Shown here: in pieces, positions 23,812 to 35,534 of the stretch
How positions within the stretch are numbered: position 1 is the stretch's first letter
Layout: each line of letters begins with the position of its first letter
Source: Macrostomum lignano
Lineage: Eukaryota
DNA: 64,000 nucleotides
Assembly (NCBI GenBank): GCA_002269645.1
Contig: NIVC01002120.1
Coordinates: 35,922-99,921 of the forward strand
Direction: 5' to 3'
Position numbers and translations under genes: made by a program
Notes under the pieces: generated by a model
Told to the model about the DNA's origin: nothing
The model's input: the letters and a program-made list of their open reading frames with translations, nothing else
Databases searched by the model: none

Positions 23812-24060
23812 ATGTCAGCTGGACAGCACACTAACAGTGCATCCTCCAATGCTGGTATTGCTGGCGTGGACCTGAGTCTGGTCCGCTGCGTTAGCAACCT
23901 GGAGCTGGGGAAGTCACCAGAGCAGACACTAGAATCCCTGTTTCACCTGTTCGACACTGGCGACAAGGGCTATCTGGATGCTGGGGAGGTTGGCGCCATC
24001 ATTGGCCAGATGGTGCAGGTGGCAGCCAGTCTGGACTGGGACACTGCGGAGCTGCGGCCT
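23812..24060 (+). CDS. DGK (type I): Type I diacylglycerol kinase, exon A (first EF-hand); true 5' end uncertain
   Basis: LELGKSPEQTLESLFHLFDTGDKGYLDAGEVGAIIGQMVQVAASLDWDTAELRP resembles DGKA LEGGRPEDKLEFTFKLYDTD..LDWDVSELRP. Donor gtgagt at 24061; possible acceptor tgtag| at 23793. Confidence 0.85.
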
Positions 24061-24085
24061 GTGAGTTACAGCTGGCCTTCGCCCA

Positions 24086-24978
24086 CACCTGTATCTGCCT
24101 GTACCTGCAGCTGACTCACCTGTATCTGACTGTACCTGCAGCTGACTCACCTGTATCTGACTGTACCTGCAGCTGACTCACCTGTATCTGACTGTACCTG
24201 CAGCTGACTCACCTGTATCTGACTGTACCTGCAGCTGACTCACCTGTATCTGCCTGTACCTGCAGCTGACTCACCTGTATCTGACTGTACCTGCAGCTGA
24301 CTCACCTGTATCTGACTGTACCTGCAGCTGACTCACCTGTATCTGTCTGTACCTGCAGCTGACTCACCTGTATCTGTCTGTACCTGCAGCTGACTCACCT
24401 GTATCTGACTGTACCTGCAGCTGACTCACCTGTATCTGACTGTACCTGCAGCTGACTCACCTGTATCTGACTGTACCTGCAGCTGACTCACCTGTATCTG
24501 ACTGTACCTGCAGCTGACTCACCTGTATCTGTCTGTACCTGCAGCAGACTCACCTGTATCTGTCTGTACCTGCAGCTGACTCACCTGTATCTGACTGTAT
24601 CTCCAGCTGACTCACCTGTATCTGACTGTACCTGCAGCTGACTCACCTGTATCTGTCTGTACCTGCAGCTGACTCACCTGTATCTGTCTGTACCTGCAGC
24701 TGACTCACCTGTATCTGTCTGTACCTGCAGCTGACTCACCTGTATCTGACTGTACCTGCAGCTGACTCACCTGTATCTGACTGTACCTGCAGCTGACTCA
24801 CCTGTATCTGACTGTACCTGCAGCTGACTCACCTGTATCTGACTGTACCTGCAGCTGACTCACCTGTATCTGTCTGTACCTGCAGCTGACTCACCTGTAT
24901 CTGTCTGTACCTGCAGCTGACTCACCTGTATCTGACTGTACCTGCAGCTGACTCACCTGTATCTGACTGTACCTGCAG
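24086..24978. repeat. 31-bp intronic minisatellite (acctgtatctgactgtacctgcagctgactc), ~29 copies
   Basis: Fills DGK intron A-B. Confidence 0.97.
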
Positions 24979-25046
24979 CCATTATTTATTTAACCTGAGA
25001 CAGTTTATTTTATAAGTCCGAAGCTCTGCAACCTGTGCATCCGCAG

Positions 25047-25268
25047 ATCCTGACAGACCTGATGTGGCGGCTGGACTCCGACGGTGACGGCCGGCTCAGC
25101 CTGGCCGACTGGCTCCGCGGCGGCGCCTCCTCAGTGCCGATCCTGCCGCTGCTCGGTCTGGACGCCAGCGTTAAAGATGACAGCAGCCACGAATGGCGGC
25201 TGCGGCGGTTCGTGAAGGGTCGGCACTGCAATGCGTGCCAGAGGCAGCTGACTGGCCTGAACAAGCTG
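25047..25268 (+). CDS. DGK (type I): Type I DGK, exon B (second EF-hand, start of C1a)
   Basis: ccgcag|ILTDLMWRLDSDGDGRLSLADW..LLGLD..HEWR..HCNACQRQLTGLNKL|gttagt, phase 0-0. Confidence 0.9.
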
Positions 25269-25295
25269 GTTAGTTGTGCGCCTGCTGGCTATCTG

Positions 25296-25367
25296 GGGGT
25301 TGTAGCCTAGTGTTTAAAGCGTTGGGCTCACGACTGAAAGGTCGGGGGTTCGATTCCCGATGCCACT
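25296..25367 (+). mobile_element. tRNA-derived SINE-like head or tRNA pseudogene in a DGK intron
   Basis: A-box-like tagcctagtg, perfect B box ggttcgattcc (25347-25357), ct-cac-ga anticodon-like loop. Acceptor, anticodon and T stems do not pair canonically. Confidence 0.6.
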
Positions 25368-25574
25368 GGAACAATTTGCGTAATTGAGCTGTCGGTTGCA
25401 CATCTGCACCTTAGGTCAGGTGTAATCAATTTTTGCTGCCTATGCTAATATCAGTCGTGTACATACTGTCAGTAGTATTGTATGCAATTCGCAACACCTA
25501 TGTTATTGAATTACGCAATTAGGCAGCTCCATAATCATGCCAGTCGAAGTCTATCATGCCGATTTCAACTGCAG

Positions 25575-26084
25575 GGCCTGCGCTGCATGCTGTGCCGCTA
25601 CACTGTTCACGACAAGTGCCTGGTCAGGGCGCCGGCCTCCTGCATCGCCACCTACGCGAAGTCCGGGCCTCAGCAGCACCGGGACTGCCAGCAGCCGCAG
25701 CACCACTGGACGGAGGGCAACTGCGCTGGCGCCCGCTGCGGCAGGTGCCGCCGGACTTTGGGCCGCAGCCTCGCCAACCTGCGCTGCCGCTGGTGCCAAG
25801 TCTGCCTGCACGGCCGCTGCGCCGAGCAATGGGCCGACCAGGCCTGCGACCTCGGCCCACTCCGCCAACAGCTCCTGCCGCCAGGCGCCCTGTATCCTGC
25901 CGTGCTGGACGGCCGGCCGACCTCCCTGACCCTCCGCTTGGTGCCGCCGCCCGACTGCGTGCCAGTGCTGGCCTTCGTCAATCCGAAATCTGGCGGCCGG
26001 CAGGGTGCCCGGGTGCTGCGCAGGCTGCGCTACCTGCTGAACCCCAGGCAGGTGTACGACCTGATCAGCGATGGCGGCCCCATG
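25575..26084 (+). CDS. DGK (type I): Type I DGK, exon C (C1a end, C1b, start of catalytic domain)
   Basis: ctgcag|GLRCMLCRYTVHDKC..HHWTEGNC..CRWCQVCLHGRC..LAFVNPKSGGRQG..LLNPRQVYDL..GGPM|gtgagc. Confidence 0.92.
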
Positions 26085-26115
26085 GTGAGCTGCTGCAGCA
26101 TTGCCAGGCAATCTT

Positions 26116-26345
26116 ATGTGTGGTCTAAATATAGGAACAAATGGGATTCACCATTGTATGCGGTCTAAAAATAGAAACAAACAGGCTTCACCATAGTATG
26201 CAGTCTAAAAATAGAAACAAGCAGGATTCACCATAGTATACGGTTTAAAAATAGAAACAGGATTTACCATATTGTGTGTGGTCTAAAAATAAAAACAAAC
26301 GGGATTCACCATAGTATGCGGTCTAAAAATAGAACAGGATTCACA
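26116..26345. repeat. ~40-bp degenerate intronic tandem repeat, ~6 copies
   Basis: gtctaaaaatagaaacaaac.ggattcaccatagtatgc recurs. Confidence 0.85.
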
Positions 26346-26475
26346 ATTCGCTGTGATAAGTGCGATATGAAAATGGTTTTTCCTCAGATAGTGGTCTAAA
26401 ATAGTAACAAGGTGGATTCGCCATCGGGGGGACAATTCAGCATTGTGCCACCCTTTCCCCCGAAATGGCTACCAG

Positions 26476-27420
26476 CGCGGCCTCAGGCTGTTTCACCAGC
26501 TGCAGCAATTCCGCGTGCTGGTCTGCGGCGGTGACGGCACCGCTGGCTGGCTGCTGGAGGCGATGGACACCTTCGACTGGCCTTGCGACCGGCCCCCTGT
26601 GGCGGTGCTGCCGCTGGGCACCGGCAACGACCTCGCCCGCTGCCTCGGCTGGGGCGGCGGCTACGAAGGCGAGCCGTTGGAAGGCATCCTACAGCGAGTT
26701 GCCGCCGGCACCGCCGTCCGGTTGGACCGCTGGCGCATCGACTTCTCGACCGAGCCGGCCGGCGGGGACGCCCAGCAGGCGGCGGAGTCCGGCCGGCCGC
26801 CCGTGGGCATCGTGAACAACTACTTCAGCATCGGGGTGGACGCGGCCATCGCCCGCCGGTGGCACCTCAGCCGGGAGCGCCACCCGAAGCAGTTCAACTC
26901 GCGGCTGCGGAACAAGATCTACTATGCCGGCATCGGCGCCTCCGAGCTGCTCGGCGCCACCTGCAAGAACCTCCACCGCGACTTAGACATCGTCTGCGAC
27001 GGCCGCGTGCTGAACCTGGCCGACGGGCCGCCGCTTGAAGGCGTCGCCGTGCTGAACATCGCCTCGGTGTACGGTGGCCGCAGCCTCTGGTCCGACAGGC
27101 CCGGCCACCGCCAGTTCGCCAGGCAGGACATGGGCGACGGCCTGCTGGAAGTCGTGGCTTTAAAAGGCGCCGTCCACGCTGGCCTGGTGGCCGGCGGCTT
27201 CCCCAGCTCCGGCCGCAGGCTGGCGCAGTGCTCGGAGATCGTCATCCGCACGAGGCGGAGCTTTGCCATGCAGATCGACGGCGAGCCCTGGCAGCAGCCC
27301 GCTGGCACCGTCAGCATCTGCCGCGCCGGCCAGGCCGCTGTGCTGGCCGCCCCACCGCCCGCCCGGCCGTCCGGCCTCCGCCGCCTGCTCTGCCATCGTG
27401 GCGGCGGCAGCGAAGAATGA
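26476..27420 (+). CDS. DGK (type I): Type I DGK, exon D (DAGKc/DAGKa domains to stop; total ~641 aa)
   Basis: accag|RGLRLF..VLVCGGDGTAGW..LPLGTGNDLAR..NNYFSIGVDA..MQIDGEPW; intact GGDG ATP-binding motif. Confidence 0.92.
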   Translation, partial: RGLRLFHQLQQFRVLVCGGDGTAGWLLEAMDTFDWPCDRPPVAVLPLGTGNDLARCLGWGGGYEGEPLEGILQRVAAGTAVRLDRWRIDFSTEPAGGDAQQAAESGRPPVGIVNNYFSIGVDAAIARRWHLSRERHPKQFNSRLRNKIYYAGIGASELLGATCKNLHRDLDIVCDGRVLNLADGPPLEGVAVLNIASVYGGRSLWSDRPGHRQFARQDMGDGLLEVVALKGAVHAGLVAGGFPSSGRRLAQCSEIVIRTRRSFAMQIDGEPWQQPAGTVSICRAGQAAVLAAPPPARPSGLRRLLCHRGGGSEE

Positions 27421-27665
27421 TCCCAGTTCACGAGTTCTGCTCCCCTCTCTGATTCCCTCTCTGATCCCCTCTCTGATCCCAGCTCTGATCTCAGCTCTGA
27501 TCCCAGCTCTGATCCCAGCTCTCATCCCACCTCTGATCCCATCTCTCATCCCACCTCTAATCCCACCTCTGATCCCATCTCTTATCCCACCTCTGATCCC
27601 ACCTCTGATCCCATCTCTCATCCCACCTGATCCCACCTCTGATCCCAGCTCTGATCCGATCCCAG
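27420..27665. repeat. 12-bp repeat (ctgatcccacct) immediately after the DGK stop
   Basis: Direct reading. Confidence 0.9.
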
Positions 27666-30265
27666 ATTAGATTAATTTGTTATTATCAAAATTTTGCAAA
27701 CTGGAGTTGAGTCGATCCCGATTACTGGCCCTCATCGAGTTCAGTAGTATGTTTTGTATATTTTTTACTCTTAAATTTTGTTCAACCTTGATAATTTTGT
27801 GCGTGAGTGCACAATCTCTCTTATCCCAAGCTCTGTTCATTTATCCCCACACACGTTATTCCCGAATCGCAGTTCTCCCTCAGGCGCTCTCTGGCTGGCC
27901 AAAATTTGTCTTTGAACTCTCCGCTCATGTCAACGACAGTCCGCGTGCTGACTTTTATTGTTTTCTACTTATTTATTTTTTGTTCATTAAAATTGTTTAT
28001 TCGTGAGCTTTCTTGACAGCCGTCTTATTTGCCCATCGCTGCCACGGCGCGCACAGGCAGTTTTTGAGCCCCTGCGCTTCCTTGGGTGTTTTTTAAGTAC
28101 AAGCTTTTTTAGAAACATCTGTTTTGTCTGTCCGACACTGGCGCTGACCTTGCTGGCTTCCGTACATTTGAACTTGTACATTTGTGTATTGTGTACATAC
28201 TGTTACTTTTAGTAGTATATAAGTAAATACCGTTAGCTCATATTTCACTTTCCTGTGCACACCTGCCTGATATTAATATTGGAGTTCACTGAGACTCCCC
28301 AAGGCCTGAAGCTGCTGAAGATCCATCACTTCCCTTGTGTCCTGCTGTGTTCTTGAATTACAGCTTTAAATACAGTTTTACAGCTCCCAATCTGCACTGC
28401 TTTATTATTTATTTAAATCCGCTGATTAGCTCATCCACCAGTATGCCAATCTGCTAACTGTTGCCTATTTTAATCAAAACTCTCCAGTTTTTTCGGTTGT
28501 TTGTCTGACGCGTTTTGCATTCCTGTCGCGATTTGTGAACTGCCTATGAGTTTATTAATAAATATATTTATTTAAATCATTTATTAAACTTTATTTTATC
28601 TTCCATGATATGCTGTGACTTTGGCTTAGCCTTTAAGGGCAGTTTTTGCTTTACAAATTGTCTATATTTGTTAATTATAATTCTATAATGGCTTCGCGTG
28701 TTTTTGGCTTGTTAATTTTTATTAATCGCCGGGCATTAAAAGCCCTCTACATTTATGATGAACTACATGAACGATCTAATTTTGCATTGACCTGAGGAGA
28801 GAGGGCCGCGGTTAGTACGCGCTGGACTTGCCAGTCGAGGCAGCCACACTATCGAAGTAAAGCAGGCTCATCATTTAGTAGTACATGTACATGTACGCTC
28901 TAGAACAGTGACTGTCAATCATGCAGGTACATTATGCCAAAGCATTGTGAAGTTCAGTTTATACGAGTATTCCATGTGATCTGGAATTTGGTGTTTCTAA
29001 AGTCTATTGTGATATTAGTATCATATAGACTATAGAGCATTAAATCAGCGCGCTAAAAAAACGCTAAAAATCAGCGTTTTTCTATCGTAACTTCTAAAAA
29101 ATCGATAATACGTAATAGTGAAGGAATGCTTTTTGATTGGAAACCAAACAGGTCCAAACTAAATACGTTCATATATGTTCCTTTTTAAAAAATCGTGAGT
29201 GAACCGTACAGCGTTTAAAATATGTGAAATATCAAAATTTGTTCGGTAACTACGTAGAAAAGAATCTAAATGGCTGTATCCTAAAACGTTGTCTAATCGT
29301 ACGAAATGTGGATAACAAAAATTAATTTAGCTTTGGGGCAGTTTAGTATTTTATTTCGAACTCCTATTTGCAGCGAAGGGTATATATACTAGCAACTTTA
29401 TTATTTTAACAGTTTAACTTTTAATTTTGTTTTTCTAACAATGTTGCTTCACGATAATATTTTAAATTATGATCCGAATCGAGAAAACGTGACTGATATA
29501 TTATATTATTCAGCAAATACTTTTTAACGCACTCGCCGATTCGGCGGCTTTTCCTTTTTGTCACAAAAGTAGTGACAAACGAAGAAGCGCTTATATTTTT
29601 CGACTCGTACATGCATTAAAGACCATTAAATGAAATGGAATGAAGAAATTACGGAGGTACAAGTAAGTTGTATTTAACAAGTTTTGAAAAGATACGAAGT
29701 CTTGTTTGTTTTTTATACTAATTAATTCATATCAACTTCCTGTATATCAGAAAAATAATTTATATAATGATTGGCTAAACTTTTCTTTATCATTAGTTAA
29801 ATTTTCAGGTTTCTTTCCCTGTTTTTAATTAATGCCTAGTGATAATTTTCATGAATTAACCTACACTTAGAAAATATAATGTTCTGCCACCCATAAGCCA
29901 AAAATAAATTTTCTATTTCTACAGTCACAGATACTCTAAAGAGCTTTTAAAAACTACTGAAGGCAAAATGTAATTAATTATTTCTTTCTTTTAAACATTT
30001 ACTTTAATTATTTTTCTATTGCCATGTTTTTACATTAGATTTAATTTGTGGTATTTAAAACAGTAAATTTCAATTTATTTTTACACTTTTCTTAAAGCCA
30101 AAATAAAATATCTGAAAGCCTCTCGTCAAAGACAACACAGTTAATATCAATAATCTAACTAGCCTTCCTCTTCATTAAAATTACTTAATTCAGTTTCTTG
30201 AAATGCAAATATGTTTTTAAAAAATATAAAATCCAAAATCTGCAACACAATACGCAGGTGAAGCA

Positions 30266-32484
30266 ATGCAACATGCTGAAGCACCTCTGCTGCTGCTGCT
30301 GCTGCTACTCGCGTTGCTCCGCTGCTCAAACTCGAAACAGGCCGAGCTTCAATTCACCAGCCCCGCCTACTCGGCCGTCGCCTTCGTCAGCGCCGACGAA
30401 GAGCTCCACGCCTCGAAGCCGCCGAGGCCGCTGCTTCTGCTCGATGGCCCAGTGCGGCTGGCGGCCGGTGCACCGGCCAACAGAGTCGCCTTCACCATTC
30501 CCGACACCGGCCTCGCCAAGCAGTTTGACGTCGACTCCATTGTGGCCGGCGGTTTGGTTTTCGCGAGAGTTCGGCATCGAGCCGCCTTCAGCGGCGGCAT
30601 CGACGGCGAGCTGAAGCTGCCAGTGGTGGCCCGGGCCGCAGGGCTGCAGGGCAACGCCGTGTGCACCATCTGGGTGTCGCTGTCCCAGGCGCCCCGGCCA
30701 CCGCCATGCCCGCGTCTCCTCGCCGACACCTTTGCCTTCACCGTCCCGGCCGACGCCGATGCCGACTCGGACGGCCGGCCGATTCTTGTCGGCGTCGTGC
30801 CGGTTGACATCGGGCGCCGTCCAGAGGCAGCCGGCGACGAGATTGACGCCAACAGCACCGCCGGCGCCTTTGCCTTGGAGCTCTCGGGCGACCCGCAGCA
30901 GCGGCCGTTGCCGCACTGGCTGGGCCTGGAGCCGCACTCCGGGGCGCTGCTGCTGACCGGCCGGCCCCAGCCCGGCCGCTGGCGTCTCCGGGTGCTCCTG
31001 CGCCGGCTCAGCCGCGAGCCCTGCTCCCCGCGCGCCTCTCTGAGCTTCCAGTCCGCCGCCGTAACCGTGCATGTCGCCGTTGCGACGGCCGGCGCTGACG
31101 CCCCCAACTTTGACGTGGTCAGCCCAAGCCACATCGACAGCTGGGGTCGGGCTGGCGCCGTCTGCGCCCGCCTGCTGCCTCGCCGTCCGGTCGCCATCGC
31201 CGATGTGCAGCTGCTCTGGCCGGCCTCCGCCGTGTTCGACGCGGCGCCAGTTGCGGCCGGCGACGGTGCTATTGATGTGATGCTGGCGCGCGACCTGAGG
31301 CCGTCAGACGGGCCGCTGACGGTCCGGGCCGTCATTCTCACGGGCAACTCAACCTGGAATCGGCGCCGCGCGGCCAGGCGCGAGGTCAGCTTCCTGCTGG
31401 ACCCGACAAACCCGAGACTGCGGCCGCCAGACGAAGCTGCGCCTTCTGCCGCGCCGCCGCTGGTCGAGGGGGCTGCGCATTTTGAGGACCTCGCGGCTGA
31501 CGCACCGCTGAACGAGTTCGAGCCGGTTGTGCGCAACAACCGCACCACAGTTGTCCTCACCGAGGCCGCGCAGGTTGGCGCCGTCGTCCTCGATGTGGAT
31601 GCCGTAGATCCGGACGGCGACTCGGTGGCTGTTGTCATGGAAACCGACGAAAATCAAGTTCAGCCGTTCATCCTGGAGGGCCGCAGACTGCTGCTCAGTC
31701 AACCGCTGGACAGCGAAACTCAGGCTTCGGAGTTCACCCTGCGAATCCGCGCAATCGACGACGGCCGGCCGTTCCCGCGCGAGTCGCTGGCGTTGTACTC
31801 CGTCTCAGTGGCGCCCGTCAACGAGTTCGCGCCGCGCTTTGATTTCTCCGCCTGCGCCTTCCGCGTTGTGGTCGGCGGCGGCGGCTTCAGCACCGGCCGG
31901 CTGGACGCCGTGGACCTGGACGCGCCGCCCGGCCCGCTGGCCTATCGGGTTCGCGACGACGCGACGCGCGGCTGCTTTGCCTTGGCGTCGCCCCTCGGCT
32001 CCGGGGAGCTGCGGCTCGCCTGCCGGCTGGAGAGCCAATTCCCGGCTGCCTTCGGCCGGGCGCCTCGCCAGCTGCTGGAGCCGCTGACGCTGACGCTCTC
32101 GCTGGTGGCGCGGGACGAAGGCGGCCTGGAGTCGCCGCCGCTGCCTATCACCTTCCACATCGTCGGTGCTGACGGCGGCCACAGCGGCGACGGCGTTCAC
32201 CTTCAGCGGAGCTGCCAGCCTAGCACCAGCCGAGAGACGTCGCCGTCAGCCGTGGCGGATGCGAACCGGCGGGCCCGGAGCAGCCACCGCCGAGCCCTGG
32301 CGGAGCTGCAGGCGGCCCAGCAGGCCGAGCTCTTCCCCGACGGCTTCCTCACCGCCAACCGATCGCCGAGGCTGACGTGGCTGACAGATGAAGCAGACGC
32401 GACTCTGCTGACAGTGCCGGAGGACGCCCCGGTTGGGACTCACGTGGCGACATTAGCGGCTGAAGACCCGGATCCTGGAGACTG
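30266..32484 (+). CDS. Fat-like: Fat-like atypical cadherin (FAT1/3-kugelei type), coding exon 1: signal peptide and N-terminal cadherin repeats
   Basis: Signal peptide LLLLLLLLALL. QFDVDSIVAGGLVFARVRHR ~ FAT1 LFKAEEYILGDFCFLRIRTK; FTLRIRAIDDGRPFPRE..VNEFAPRFDFSAC ~ YTLRIRASDWGLPYRRE..NDNTPLFEKINC. Donor gactg|gtgtgt, phase 2. Confidence 0.85.
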
Positions 32485-33230
32485 GTGTGTCTGTCAGTGC
32501 TGGCAGCTGTTTGCGTCTGGAGACTGGTGTGTCTGTCTGTGCTGGCAGCTGTCCATGTCTGGAGACTGGTGTGTATGTCTGTCTGTGATGGCAGCTGTCC
32601 GTGTCTGGAGACTGGTGTGTATGTCTGTCTGTGATGGCAGCTGTCCGTGTCTGGAGACTGGTGTGTCTGTCTGTGATGGCAGCTGTCCGTGTCTGGAGAC
32701 TGGTGTGTATGTCTGTCTGTGATGGCAGCTGTCCGTGTCTGGAGACTGGTGTGTCTGTCTTTGCTGGCAGCTGTCCGTGTCTGGAGACTGGTGTGTCTGT
32801 CAGTGCTGGCAGCTGTTTGCGTCTGGAGACTGGTGTGTCTGTCTGTCTGTGCTGGCAGCTGTCCGTGTCTGGAGACTGGTGTGTCTGTCTTTGTTGGCAG
32901 CTGTTCGTGTCTGGAGACTGGTGTGTCTGTCTGTCTGTGCTGGCAGCTGTTTGTGTCTGGAGACTGGTGTGTCTGTCTGTGCTGGCAGCTGTTTGTGTCT
33001 GGAGACTGGTGTGTCCGTCTGTCTGTGATGGCAGCTGTCCGTGTCTGGAGACTGGTGTGTCTGTCTGTCTGTGCTGGCAGCTGTTTGTGTCTGGAGACTG
33101 GTGTGTCTGTCTGTCTGTGCTGGCAGCTGTTTGTGTCTGGAGACTGGTGTGTCTGTCTGTGCTGGCAGCTGTTTGTGTCTGGAGACTGGTGTGTCTGTCT
33201 GTGCTGGCAGCTGTCCGTGTCTGGAGACTT
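32475..33230 (+). repeat. ~38-46-bp minisatellite beginning inside Fat exon 1 (ctggagactggtgtgtctgtctgtgctggcagctgtccgtgt), ~18 copies
   Basis: Direct reading; each unit contains the exon end plus donor. Confidence 0.95.
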
Positions 33231-33426
33231 CACTTGCAAGATAGGAACTCTTCATCATCTTTCAATATAAGCTTCATCTAGTTTCTTATCTTTCTTAGAA
33301 AAAATGAGTTGATATAGTAGATGTTTTTAAAATTACGAATGTCCTAACATAGATGGAAATGAAATGAATGAAAAGTATCGCTAATTTGATATTTTGTCCC
33401 CCCCACCATCAAATTTGACTCCCCAG

Positions 33427-34544
33427 GTACAACGGCCTTCTCCGCGCGGTCGTTGAGGAGCCCGACTCCCAGTCTGGGAGCTCCTTTGCCGCCACCGTCG
33501 TGGAGCTCGGCTCGCGCCGCCGTCGGTACTTCGCGCTAACAACGTCCACTCTACTCGACCGCGAGCGCCGGGCCGAGCACCGGCTGCTGCTCAGCGTCTG
33601 CGACCGCGGACGGCCGCCGCTGTGCTCCGGCCCTCCGCTGCGCGCCCTCGTCCGCCTGGCTGACGTCAACGACAACCCGCCGGTCTTCGCAGAGGCCCAC
33701 GCGGCAGCGCTCGTCACCCTAGCAGAGGACGCCCCGCCCGGCGCCGAAGTCTACGCTTTGAAAGCCGCTGACCCGGACGCCGGCGCCAACGGCACGGTCA
33801 GCTATCGGTTCGCCGACCCCGTGGATGCCGCCGTCGCCGCCGCCTTTGAGTTGAACTCGACAACTGGACGGCTGCAAGTCGGCGCTGGAGGACTGCGGGC
33901 TGCCGCCGGTGGTGTCGCAGCGTTGGAGCTAACGCTGCTCGCCGAGGACGGCGGCCAGCCGCCGCTCGACGCCCGGCTAAACCTTCGCGTTGAACTCGCC
34001 GACGTCAATGACCAGCGCCCGCTGTTCCGCACCACCAACCGCGACCAGCCGGGCCAGCTGACGCTGAGCATCCCAGAGCTGCTGCCCGCCGGCTCGGTGC
34101 TGACCACCCTGATCGCCACTGACGGCGACTCCGGGGACAACGGCCGGGTGTCCTACCGGCTGCGCGGCCTGCCCTTCGCCCTGGAGACCTTCGCCATCAG
34201 CCGGCGCACCGGATGCCTTCGGCTTCGTCGCCGCCTGACTGCGGCGGCCGCGCCCTACCGGCTGTTTGCGGTGGCCTTCGACCACGGCAGGCCGGCGCCG
34301 CGCGAGTCCGTTCTCTACCTGCTCGTCCTGGTGACAGCCGGGCGGCCGGCCCCTCTCTCGGCCGAGGCGTCGCTGCTGCTGCAGTTCGCGCGCCCTGCCT
34401 ACGACTTCGAGGTGGCCGAGGGGCTCCCGGCCGGACAGTCGGTGGGACAGGTGGTGGCCACGGCCGACGAAGTGACTGATCCCGACGCCGTCGCTGACTA
34501 CAAGATTCTCGGAGGGAGCCGGCTCTTTGCCATAGACAGTGGCG
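33427..34544 (+). CDS. Fat-like: Fat-like cadherin exon 2
   Basis: ccccag|g tac aac gives DPGDWYNGLL; LDRE, DVNDNPP, DPDAGANG, DVNDQRP motifs. Donor gtgagc at 34545, phase 1. Confidence 0.9.
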
Positions 34545-35534
34545 GTGAGCCTCGGCGTTTGAGCTACTTGGATTTCCCCTCCAGATCCCATGGGGTTCAG
34601 AACTCATTGTGAGTGAGGTTGAGCTTGAGAATCGGCAGATACTGTAAATCCAGACTTTCAGTCTCACAATAGAATCTCACCAGAGTTCACAGTGAGCTGT
34701 TGTTTTTCCAAGAATCCAAAATCAAAGCAGAGCGAGCAGCTCTTGCTTGTTGTCGCCAAAGCCCTCTGGAGTTTTTAAATCCCCCGGTTTAAGTGACACT
34801 TCATTGAATCGAATTTCAACGCCTCCGCGTCCCAACTGGAGCCAGCGGGTTTGAGTCATGGGAATTCTCCGCTAGGGGACTCTCTGTAGGCTTGCCGACC
34901 TGGCAGGTTTTTCATTCTGGCTGTTTGCCTCCACACGGAGAGGCTGGCGGGCTGACAGGCTGGCGGCAAAAAAACCTGGGGACGCCATCCGCTGAGAGTC
35001 ACGCAGCCGGCCGGCCGCGGCAAAAACCCAGCAGCTGGAGCCGCTGCGGTGCCAGCTTTTTTATTGCAATCGCATGCGAGGTGCTGGCTGAGCCCCCAGC
35101 ACAGCTGGACTTTTACTCTGCAGGAGAATAGGGAGAAGACACTGCAGGCTTGCCTTGCTGTTGTCGTCTCTGGCTTTCCAAACTTCTTCTTTCCTCCTTG
35201 CGGGGCTGTCTTAGCAGCGATACTTAAGCCGCAGTCTTGCTTGGCGGCCTGAGATCAAGATAGCCACTTTAGACTGCCAATAATCTTCTCTGTCCCAGCC
35301 GGCTTTACTCTAATCCCCTCTCTCATTAGGCTCGGCATCCGCAGGGGGTGTCTAAACCCCCCCCCCCCCAGCGGGTCGATATTCCCTCTGCGGCTGCTGC
35401 GATCCCCAATTGTTTTTAAAAGACTGCTTCGATCACATGGGCAACTGCGAGTTCAGGGAATTGTCAGGAACAAAATCAAGGTGTAAACTGATCAGATGGC
35501 TTAGACTGACTGGCCCTCAGGTGTCAGCACCGAC

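Noticed and set aside
25296-25367. Functional tRNA-Val(CAC)
   Set aside because: Acceptor, anticodon and T stems do not pair; kept only as SINE-like.
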